Of a stretch of 124,000 nucleotides of DNA, positions 113,541 to 124,000 are shown one piece after another (position 1 is the stretch's first letter; every line of letters begins with the position of its first letter). The notes beneath the pieces were generated by a model. The model had not been told where the DNA came from, made no database searches, and saw only the letters and a program-made list of their open reading frames with translations. Origin of the DNA: Wallemia ichthyophaga EXF-994 (lineage: Eukaryota; Fungi; Basidiomycota); the NCBI RefSeq assembly GCF_000400465.1, contig NW_008806285.1, positions 20,001-144,000 on the forward strand, given 5' to 3'. A program made the translations under genes and the position numbers.

Positions 113541-115102
113541 CTAGCGTATAAGTTTGGTGAGGTTGAAAGCTGAGTCCCGTTTGAGTTTCTTGCTCCTGTC
113601 AGCCTGCTGTTCTGGGAACAGCTTCCATATCCTTATAGTCTCGTCAGCACTGCCAGTGGCGACAGTAGTCCTATCAGCCGAAACACCCATGTGGATAGGC
113701 CGGCAGATATGTCCGCCAATAGCAGTCACTTGAGACATGGACGGGTATTTCCATATGCATAGCTGATTCATTGGTGCAATCGAGCTGTATCCAGACGTCG
113801 ACAAGAGTTCTTGGGTGTTCTGCGAAAACCATAGGTTGCAGACTTGGCTGCCGGTATCCCAGTCTCCCACTGGTTTCCTATCGCTTTTTAAGATATCCCT
113901 AAACACGATTCGGCGGTCGTTTGTACCTCCTCCTGAAGCCAGAATGCCGCGGTGGTGGGGATTGAATGCTAGCGCGGTGACTGCAGCTTCGTGGTCATAG
114001 TAGCGATTCAAAAACCTGTCCTGGCTCCGCGTATCCCACAAGTACAGCTTGTTGTCGTTCCCACCACTAGCGAGCATATTGGTAGCAGGGTCGTATGTCA
114101 AGCTCGTTATTTCTCCATTGTGTCGCTTGATGCAGGATTGGGTGGGTGTGCGCAGATCTCTGACCAACATTGATCGATCGCGCGAGCCAGATGCAAGAGT
114201 CATATGTGAAGCCCATGCCAGAGTTCCCACCCGCATGTCGTGGCCTCGTAACGTGCGCACCAGCCTGGTTGTCGTTGATGCATCCCATATCTGTACAAGG
114301 CCATCGTAACGCCCTACAGCGAGCAGTGTACCGCCCTCGATCCATTGAAGACTCGTGACAACTACATCATGGGTGTAGCTTGATGGGTCGCTCAAAGTGA
114401 AAACCTGGCTGCTGTGTGCAATCCATATAAATACGCGCGCTCCTAGTGCCACAGCGAGCATATTATGTGAGGACCAGCTCAGCAGATTCGTGTATTGGTC
114501 ATCGACCATGCCTGGGGCGTCGAGTACTTTCCAAGGCACTTTAGGAATTCTACGAGAGAGGCTTCTGTTGCGCTTCAAAATCCTTTCTGTGTTGCCTTTG
114601 ATGGGTAGTTGATTGTAGCAGTCGTGAGCCACGCTGTCGAGGGTAACTATGTTTGAAGGTCTACTGGAGTTCAACGCAGCTACAGCGGACGAGCTGGATG
114701 GCATAAACTGGAGCACTTTTGACCGTGGAGTCATTAATATAGGGGAATCATGAGAACCTGTCAGGGAGGATCTCCTTGTGGATGGTATCGTGTTTTCGTC
114801 ATTGAGCAGCTCGTTGCTAAGTAGGCTGGAAAAGCTTTTGTCGGCCTCCACCTTTGCGGCATCGATGTCGCCACCAGCAAATCCAATCAATTTAGGCTGC
114901 GGAGACGGATATTGCAGCAGAGAAGACGAAAAGGGTTTGAGCAAGGAATTGTAAGATGATTTTGAGTTGCTGTCATCAAGGTTATATGACATCTTACTCA
115001 GTGGGGACCTCGAGGGTATGAATCTAGTGGAAATTAGCGTGGTGATGGCTGTAATAGCGAAGCTCACCGATCTGATTTCCTAGATCTTTTAGGCGTCGTC
115101 AT
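113541..115102 (-). CDS. APC/C coactivator, Cdc20/Cdh1 WD40 family
   Basis: Spliced C-box KSDR|FIPSR; RRIPKVPWKVLDAP; WD40 repeats; ASGGG; C-terminal IR tail. Confidence 0.92.
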
Positions 115103-115532
115103 TGGGTGTTGTAATGTCTTGATGCTGAGGTACGGATCGAAGGAATGGAGCGAATGATCCACAGCAGGTTATTCGCGGAAAGTGGGGAATGAAGGGCATT
115201 CTTAGTGAGCGGCATTTATAAATCATGTGCTTATAAGAAACCTTTTCCGGATCACACAAAGTTGTTCCACGGAGCGGATGTAATCATAAACATTGTATGT
115301 CTGTCCCTGTTACACGAGCGGGAAAGAAGACCCTATTGCACAAATTGTGCTATAAAGTCAATATAAAATCAATTTTGTAAGTTTTTTAAGCTCCAAATTA
115401 CGTTCAGATCTGGAAATCTATCGCTCGTCGTCGAAGGTATTGCATCATAGTGGTTTTGGAGTACCCAGAGAAGGTTTTTTTAAGACGAGGAACGACACCC
115501 TCCTTCTTTACAAACTACCAAGACTAAACAAT

Positions 115533-115915
115533 ATGACTGGAGGTATGAGCAAAGTAAGCATGAGCATCACCAGCTTTGTTCGTCGCCTAACATATTCGTT
115601 TAGGTAGACCAACAATGGGGCAAGACCGACAACCAATTGCCAGACCACTCCCACAGACAACCAGGTGCTCCATACGAGACCGGTCAAACCCACTCCCACA
115701 AGACTGGTGACTCCCACGACCAACAATCTATTGCCAACAAGCTCGCCGGTACTTCCCACTTAGAGAAGGAAGAGCGCAAGGCTGAGAAGGAGGGCGGTAA
115801 GCCACCAACCGCTCCAGCCGTTTGGCACGGCAACGAGCCATCAAAGGGTGCTAAGGTCGACGAGGACCTCGGCAAGGAAGACGAGAAGGTCTTGCACAAG
115901 AAGGGTCTTGCCTAA
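115533..115915 (+). CDS. Small hydrophilic conserved fungal protein
   Basis: Spliced MTGGMSK|VDQQWG..; PTAPAVWHGNEPSKGAKVDEDL motif; highly charged. Confidence 0.75.
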
Positions 115916-117527
115916 ACGACTTCACGATGTTAATGTTTGCATGTATACGATAATTTGCTAAATTTGATTGCATAGTTGATTTAATCTGGAGTTCTGTGTA
116001 CTGAGTGAGCGCTATGATTGCACTATGGATAAATCGTTTGGACAGATTATAGAATTCTCCTGATTTTCATAAACTCGTAAAGGTCTACCACCTCAAGACC
116101 AGGGACGTAGGTCACAACACTGTGATGAGGTCAAACTTGAGCGATGGTGATATTTCTGTAAAGCAACTGGTTTACGAAAAAGTCTTTGGTTTGTTTGCAA
116201 TTATCAGTCTTTAGTTGCGCTGTACAGTTGTTCAACTTGATTTGATATGTTGCAAGGGGAGCAATTTAGCGTCTTGAAAATCGAAGTTTTTACCGTACTT
116301 CCTTCTAAGATTCCAACGCCGCCTCAAACGCTTTCACATCCTCATTATTTGAAATCTCGAAATCCACTGACCGGAAGCCAACCCCGCGATTTGTGTTTTA
116401 ACGCCCTCCGCTTTTCTATACCTAAATCTCTTCCTCCGATTGTAAAGTGAGGCGGAACGGCAATAATGTTCCCCTGGAGCCAGGTTTGACAGCTGTAAAC
116501 GCCATGAGACGTAAAATGTTTTCTGCGATTATAGAGCTGAATAATGAAGATTTTTGGTGCTTGTCGTTTCTAGAAGACAAAATAAAATGTTTTTGTCCAC
116601 GAAGAGCGCGAAATTATCCGTATCTAACCTGTAGCGTGCTCCAGAGCGATTTTAGACCATTGCTTCCGATCAGCGTGCAAGGCGCTTTTTGGAGCGCCAG
116701 GATAACTATAGCAAAATCATGTTCTTTCTAGTCAAAGACTAATCAAACTATTTTATTTAGAGATCATCAAAAGTCGTAAATCACCATCTGAGACGAGATA
116801 GGTGATGATCGAGAAATCCAACTCGGTGGGTATTGAGCGTGGGGTTGATATGGGGATGTATTTGGAATGCTGCAAATGGTATGGAACTGATGTATTTGGC
116901 AAATGGTTCAAAAGCACAGAATATCTTATCTCTGCATTCGACTTCTCACTTTCTAGGTCATTTGCAGGGTAGCTTGAGCATATTCAATTCAATAAACTGA
117001 ATTCTACTATTTTAAGCATATGAAAGTACTAAAGGAACTATTCAAAGCGCCCTGTGATTCCACAAACACAACTGGAAGTTATCTGATATAAATCCGAGTC
117101 ACTGTATTCATCTAATGTGCAAAAGAATATCGAATTGGGTGATTTCGGGATTCAGCGAGGATTACATGTGTATCAAATCTACATGCTGACCACCTTTGTT
117201 TATCATGCGCGGCTGAGCGGAAGAGAGAAGACTAGTGCTTAAAAGACACCGGTGTATCTGGCAACTTGCAGTACGAAACCAAAGTAATTTCCATGGTTTC
117301 GGCTGAGATTCTCGTGGTATTGATGTCTTTGAGGCTGCAATGTGCGCTAGTTTTAGTGATAGTATCTACGCTCGGGAGTATTGACGATATCGGGGTAGAG
117401 ATGATAACAGGACAGGGTCAAGAGCTCAATTACCCATAAGCATTTTAAATTCATGTTAAATCACAACTCGAATACTTTGAAAAACTGTTATCGCTTCGTA
117501 GATCAAAACATCCATCTCCATATACCA

Positions 117528-119923
117528 AGTAGGTCTGAGAAGACCAGCAGAAACAACCTTTAACGTATATTAGTGGATGACGGATTACTCCTCAACTTTA
117601 CCAGCGGCGGTTCTCGTCAAGATCGTAGCAAAAAAGGTGGTAGATGGACAGATAGGTGAGCCTCATCTGCAATGCTTGGACACAGGCGCTTAACTTAAAC
117701 CGCAGAGCATCGGCTAAGCAGACAATGAAGCGCAATCAGCGCTACAGTGCAAAGCAGCAGAAAGCTAGCCAGCCAACCCAACCACAGCAACAGCTAGAAC
117801 CACAGGCAGCCCAGTCTGATCCACCGGCTAAAAAGCAGAAAGGCATTAACAATGATGCCCACGGTGAACAATCCAATCAACCAAGCCAAAACAACCAAAA
117901 GAAGCACGTTGTTTCATCTCTTTTCACTTTCAATCCAAAGGTAGAGGAAGAGCAGCAACAAATAAACTCAAAATCACTTGAACACCCCCAGCAGCAGCCT
118001 TCCAATGCGCCACTTGCATCGACGAGTACTTTTGAAGGTGCCAAACTGCACCCGCTTCTCATTCAACATCTTCGCGATAAACTCGAGATCAAAGCACCCA
118101 CTCCAATACAGAAACTGGCATTGCCGACACTTCTGCAACCTTCTGTTGATGAGAACAATGTACTGGCATCCAGAGATGTCTTTATACAATCTCAAACTGG
118201 ATCTGGTAAAACGCTCGCTTATCTGTTACCAATCATACAAGATTTGCTGCCAATGGGTGAGCTATCATTCATTGATAGAAGCATCGGTACACTGGCTATC
118301 ATATTGGCACCTACTCGTGAACTGGCTAGACAAATCTTCGATGTTCTTGAAAATCTCCTTCAATTGAGTTTGACATTAAGAGGTGTCCCAGAAGAAGAGC
118401 AGCAGAGATTGACTAGGTGGCTTGTAGGTGGTCTGCTGACTGGTGGTTCTACTCGTACGCACGAAAAAGCTAGACTGAGGAAGGGATGCCCTATTATTGT
118501 CTCTACGCCGGGTAGGCTTCTCGACCACTTGCAGAACACAACCTCATTCAACGCATCCAAATGTCGTTGGTTGGTTCTTGATGAAGCTGATAGATTGATG
118601 GATCTGGGCTTCGAGGAAACCATTACTGGTATTATTAAGGGACTCGAGGGTCGTCGCAAGCTTACAAAGAAAGCCGTCGAGGAAGGCAATCTCTCTGAGG
118701 TTGGTGGTTGGAATTTTGATTACAGACGGCGAAACATACTCTGTTCAGCGACGATCAGAGAGGATATACAATCATTTGCTAGTCAACAGCTGCTCAATCC
118801 AGTAGTGCTTAAGGAGAGCGACATCAAGAAGGAAGCTGACGGTGAAACAGCCACGACGAATGATGAGGCAACCAAGTTCACTCCACCAGCGCAATTAACT
118901 CAAAAGTACGTGCAAGTACCACTCAAACTCCGTTTAGTTGCTTTGCTGGCGTTGTTGCGATCACTTCTTACGTCGAAAGACAACGAGCAAGGTAACAGGA
119001 TCATAACGTTCTTCAGTTGTACAGACTCAGTCGACCTCCACTTCCAGTTGTTCGGTGGGGTATCTATGGACGATGCGGGTAGGAGAAATGTAGATGATAG
119101 ATTGAGCGTGACGTGTCCAATCCTGCCAAACACAAAAATTTACAGACTCCATGGTTCGATGTCATTGCAGAATCGTTTGAACACAGTCAAGGAATTCACC
119201 GACAAGAAATCCCAGCAACCAGCTATCATGTTCTGTACATCGGTCGCATCTAGAGGTTTGGATATGCCCTTAGTCCGAGCAGTTGTGCAGGTAGATCTTC
119301 CAACGGAGGGCGGAGCAAACGAGTACGTCCACAGAGTCGGTAGAACAGCCAGAGCAGGTAAAGGTGGTGAGGCGTGGTCATTTGTAGCTCCATCGGAGAT
119401 AGGTTGGGTAGAGTGGTTGACAAACCAATTGGACCCTGACCACAAGTCCATCAAACTGAACAGCGTATCTGTTGATAATGTACTCAAGCGTGGTTACGGT
119501 GGACAAGGAAATGAGTTTGAAAGTAGAGCTACAGATGTACAGACGTCTCTTGAAAGATGGGTGATTGCGTCACCAGAGAACTCTCAACTGGCTAGAAAAG
119601 CTTATCTGTCACATATAAGAGCATATGCTACACATCCACTCGATGAGCGCAAGTTCTTCCATGTCAAGCTTCTTCATCTTGGTCACTTAGCTAAGGCTTT
119701 CGCTTTGCGTGAAACACCAACGACTGCGAGCACAACTAAAGGTGATGTGGCTCAGACCAAGGACAACCAGAAACAACAGACCATCGAACAGAGAATGCAA
119801 GATTCTGTTAGGAGGATTGGTAAAAACACAAAGCGAGATGGCGAATTCGCAAACAATGACACGAGTGAATTCCAAACTTCGATATCAGGATATGACATGA
119901 AGCCAAGCAAAAGGAAGCGTTAA
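117528..119923 (+). CDS. DBP7: DEAD-box RNA helicase Dbp7
   Basis: A|TG GAT GAC GGA TTA CTC CTC AAC TTT (MDDGLLLNF); SQTGSGKT; PTRELA; DEAD; SAT; HRVGRTAR. Confidence 0.93.
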
Positions 119924-120096
119924 TTGTAATTGATTAATTTATTATTCATATAGAAATACTCATCTAAAAAAAAAAAGAAAGTAAATGTTGAATTACAATG
120001 CTGCGAAATGATATATTTATTATGCAATGCTAAGTTGGTGCTGAATATTTGGAGTGATGTTTTCGGCTTTTGTAGCGTTTACGTGGTGTACATGGT

Positions 120097-122902
120097 TTAC
120101 ATCTTGAAGAGGAAGCCCATATCTTCCGGTGACAATCTACCCATCGCAGCATCGTCACGACCGATAGCAGCATCAACCATGGCAGATTTCTTTTCTTGTA
120201 GTTGAACAATACGGCTTTCGATGGAGTCTTCAATAACGAGCTTGATGCATTGGACGGGTCTCCGCGCACCTAGTCTGTGTACTCTGTCCATGGCTTGGTA
120301 CTCGACAGCTGGGTTCCACCACGAGTCCATCATGTACACTCTCGAGGCTTCAGTCAAGTTAAGTGCAACACCACCTGCTTTGAGCGATACTAGGAAGACG
120401 GTGCAGTGTACATTCTTCATAAAATGCTGTACAACTGCGTTCCTAGTCTGCGGTGTCATGTTGCCTTCAAGTCTACAGATCTGAGTGTGAATTAGCAATG
120501 AGTGGGGTATTGTACCTCAGGCATCACCCACATTAAATCCAGCCCTCTTGAGTCTCCATGCAACCAGATCAAGGAAGTTGACAAACTGGCTGAAGACAAG
120601 CGACTTGATAGTACAGTCCTCTCTTTGCAACTCAGTCAGCTCCTCAACCAGTGCCTCGATTTTTGTCGATGATTTCCAGTGAGCCATGTCGAGTCTGCCC
120701 GTGATGCCATTCGGCTTGCTCGTCTTCAGGCCCTCATCTTCGGCACGCTCTATTGAAGGTTGGTTAATATCGATCGAGATCGGGACGTGGCAAGATGGAC
120801 ATTCTGGCTGCTCGACCAGACTGCCAGTCAAATACTCAGTGATGCAAAGACGACAGAAGGCGTGGTGACAGCGTGCGTCAATCGCGTCTTCTGCTATGTC
120901 GTTACAGATCCTGCATACATGCTCATCTGATAAGTCTTTGCCATACTCTGTAGTACGACTCTTGAGAACAAGATCTGGATGACATGCCATCTGGCGCATA
121001 CGCGTAATGAGTGAGAAGATGTTCGAGTAGTTGTTCAAAATGGTACCTTGGTCAATATACGAAGAGAAAGCGCGTCGAACGTCACTGTATAGAGACAAGT
121101 AGATGTCACGCTCTTCTTCGGAGAAGAAGTCTCTGCGGCACTTGACGATACGCGGTGGCAAGCCGAGATCATCAGCTCGCTCGACTTTGGTGCGGCGGAG
121201 CATCATTCTGTCGAGCAGAATTTTGAGCTTCTTAAAAGCGGTCAAACCTTCACCAACCATACCATACCTTTGGATGGGTGTAAGAATCTCGTTGTTCCAA
121301 AAACAGACGTGATTCATTGGTGATTCACCGCAGTAGTCGCAGTGGCGTCTGTCGGAGAAACTCCAATTCAACGACTTACACTTGGACTTTTTACCGTAGT
121401 AATAAGCGAATGGATCAGCGCCAATAAAACGAACGAGCGAGTAGAGTTCTCCAACTCTATTTTGCAGTGGTGTACCAGAAAGGCACCACTTGAAGTTACT
121501 TTTCAATCCAAAGGCTGCTTTGGAAGTGTTGGATGATCTTTCTTTAATGTTATGAGCTTCATCGAGAATAATCCTGTGCCAGTTTATTGCGTGCAACGGA
121601 CTAGGCTCTTTGATTTTCGAGCCTTTCCTCTGTCTGCCATACTGCTGTATACGAAATGCTGACTCCATCACGGAATAGGATGTCATTACGACATCGTATT
121701 TTTTCAAATCTGCTATGTTTTTGGTACGAGAAGCGCCGTGCCACAGCAATACGTTCATTCCGTCAGTGTAAGATTCTATCTCATTTTTCCATTGGACAAC
121801 GGCGATGGTGGGAGCGACAATAAGGTTTGGTTTCTTACGGTCGCTCAGCAACAACGCGATTGTCTGAATAGTCTTACCCATACCCATCTCATCAGCAAGC
121901 ATACCGCCTTTCCATGGACCCTTCTCTTGTTCCTTCATCCAATACAATGACTCTTGCTGGAAGGGGAGCAGCTTGAGCTTGAGACCAGGGGGAGAAGGGA
122001 GCGTCTGGGGCTTCTGTGGTACGATATCTCTTGACAAATCACCCCAAACATCCTTAAGTTCGGGATGCCAACAACCGAGAGCGACTTGGTTCCTGAAAAC
122101 AATGAGCGAAACAAGATATGCCAAGTTGGCACTCACATTTCACCACGCGTAAGCGTTTTGCGACCAAGTTCTTTTTTCAGTTTTGTCCTCTCTTGTATCT
122201 CAAACTTGTCACGCTGTCTTTTCAAGGCTGCGATGCGCTTCCTCTCGTCTGCCATAGCTTGTTTCTCTTCTTGCGTGAGTTCATCGTTATCCTTGAGGAT
122301 CTTTGGCAATGGCTTGATCTCTTGGACATCGTCGTCGGAAATGTCATGGGGATTATCAGCCTCGTTCGAGGCAACAATGGTAACGTCGTTGTCGCTGGCT
122401 TGTTCAAATTGATCGGCATATTTAATGCTTTCATCATCGGAACTAATCTATTACGTGCGTCAGAGCGCGTCTTATCACTTCTTTATAAGCACTTACGTCA
122501 ACCTTATCGTTAAACGTGGGCTTTCCGTTGGCTGTTTCAGTTCTCTTCCTCTTTGGCTTTGCGTCGACTTGAGTGTATAATGCTTCCATGTGCTCATCCT
122601 CATCTACATCCACCTTGTAATCTTCTTCCTCGTCGTCGTCGCCAATGTCATCTTGCTGCTCGTATTTGTCGTCGTATTCCAATTCATCGTCATCGCTGGG
122701 CTCTTGTTCTAACTCCTCCTGAAAGGTAATCTATATCAGCTTCAACTGTCTTCATTCCTCATGGAGCACCCACATTGACGTCGTCCTCAGCTTTGGCAAT
122801 GTTGAGTGATTCCACTGCCATTTTGGTATCTTGATCATCTGATGTATTGGTGCTATTCACAGTACTAGACCGCGTACTGGCTCTAGTGCTACGCCTTGCC
122901 AT
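120097..122902 (-). CDS. RAD16: Rad16 SNF2/RING nucleotide-excision-repair ATPase
   Basis: ADEMGMGKT; ILDEAHNIK; SGTPLQNR; RING CRIC..CHH..C..C..CPSC; PWWNPAVE-type motif; QAMDRVHR. Confidence 0.95.
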
Positions 122903-122955
122903 TGCGATGGGAGTATTAAACAAAGAAATGAATAAAAATTACAAGTCTATTGAAA

Positions 122956-123725
122956 TCACAGCAGGTCAAAGTCATCAAGCTGTTTCTAGTGTAAGAAATC
123001 CACCAAGACCGCTTAACGCCACTCACCTCATCGTTGTAGTTCATTACAGTTCTCTTGATCTTGGACGTGTCTACCCATGTAACGAAGTCTTCCATATTCC
123101 TGTGCATGTCAGTGTGTTCTATCCCTCCACTCACCCACTCACCTCGTTACCAAGAAGGCTGGATCTGTAATTGTATCTGGACCAACACGCAAATGACCTT
123201 GCTCGATATATTGAGTAGCCTAGACGCTTTAGAGTTATTCCAGCGAGTGTATCCCACCCACAGTCTTCACGCTCTCACAGAGCTTATTCCTCACGCAAAC
123301 AACGGCCAATCTTCTCCTGCAGAAACTAGCCACGCTGATCTTCTCCACGTCGCTAAGCTTCGAACCGATATTGAGCAGTCCCATCTCATAACCCTTGGCC
123401 AATAACTGAGTCTCCATTTGGTGTCGGTATGGGTCTTGCGCTGATAGCAGACTCAATCTGTGTGCCATCTGCCTCATCGATCCGCAAAGTCTGTTGTATT
123501 TGGCATAGTCGTCTCTTCCTTGCAAATGATACCTCCTCATAACCTTTATTTCACGCAGACTTGCATCCTGCTTCCACTGCAAGTTTGTTAGCTAACTTTC
123601 AGTGGTGCAGCATACACTAACATTGACAAAGTCGACCTTCTTAAGAAGTCTGCATGTTTTTAGACGCGTCCTTTTTACTATACACCCCTTACTTACTTCT
123701 GCTCGTGGTGTTTGAGATTACGCAT
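122956..123725 (-). CDS. IMP3: U3 snoRNP protein Imp3
   Basis: Spliced MRNLKHHEQK|LLKKVDFVN|WKQD; FCRRRLAV; EDFVTWVDTSKIKR; LDDFDLL*. Confidence 0.95.
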
Positions 123726-123858
123726 ATGATCACAGCTAAGAAAGAAGGTAGAATATATTATGACATTTTCAATTACAAGGGACAAACGCATTACTTTATA
123801 TGTGGAATCACTATAATAAATCATTGATTGTTGGAGCGTGTTTTCAGGCCTCCAAATT

Positions 123859-124000
123859 TTACTTTTTTGACTTCTTGCCAGATTCCTAAAGTTGAATTAG
123901 TCGTTGTTCCTTTTATTCCCGCTTACTTACTTTCTTAGCAGCCTTTTTTGGTGGCTCTGGTTGTGGCTCTGGCTCTGATTCAGATTCTGAAGAGTCAGAC
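123859..124000 (-). CDS. 3' end of a low-complexity acidic/Lys-rich protein (truncated by window edge)
   Basis: SDSSESESEPEPQPEPPKKAAKK, then GTAAGT..TTTAG intron and ESGKKSKK*. Confidence 0.5.

Noticed and set aside
123664-123669. Isolated ACGCGT hexamers (also near 47843 and 52750)
   Set aside because: Single occurrences, one inside an intron; chance level
1-124000. tRNA, rRNA, snRNA, transposon or CRISPR elements
   Set aside because: No T-arm/B-box cloverleaf, snRNA signature, terminal repeat, RT/transposase motif or spacer array was recognised by eye; tRNAscan/Infernal were not run, so small ncRNAs could be missed

Overview
Gene-dense fungal nuclear DNA from a basidiomycete with a very compact genome. 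Short GT-AG introns (mostly about 44-60 nt, often GTGAGT/GTAAGT donors), tiny intergenic gaps and a class I hydrophobin fit Wallemia best (inference, not verified). About 65 spliced protein-coding genes can be supported, mostly conserved housekeeping genes such as UFD2, SLU7, DOM34, a BIO2 + BIO3-BIO1 biotin pair, SEN1, TRR1, YPK1, REV3, TSA1, TOR, QNS1, GluRS, VDAC, YCG1, DAM1, TTI1, NDUFV1, ELP1, CCT8, ATG26, ARB1, TBP, DBP7, RAD16 and IMP3. No tRNA, rRNA, CRISPR array or transposon was recognised. The top candidate novelty is a nuclear gene (52763-53443) encoding a protein with the RNR motif and element order of bacterial RNase P protein (RnpA). It has a basic, mitochondrial-type N-terminus, and its start codon lies 23 bp from that of glutamyl-tRNA synthetase. 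Other highlights: a multi-lesion septin-family pseudogene and other gene-sized relics; three MCB boxes in the 61-bp YCG1/DAM1 divergent gap; a tail-to-tail pair of unnamed paralogues; three CsbD/Hmp1-like hydrophilin genes; and a DBP7 start codon that exists only after splicing. Exon boundaries were assembled by eye, so coordinates of spliced genes are approximate.
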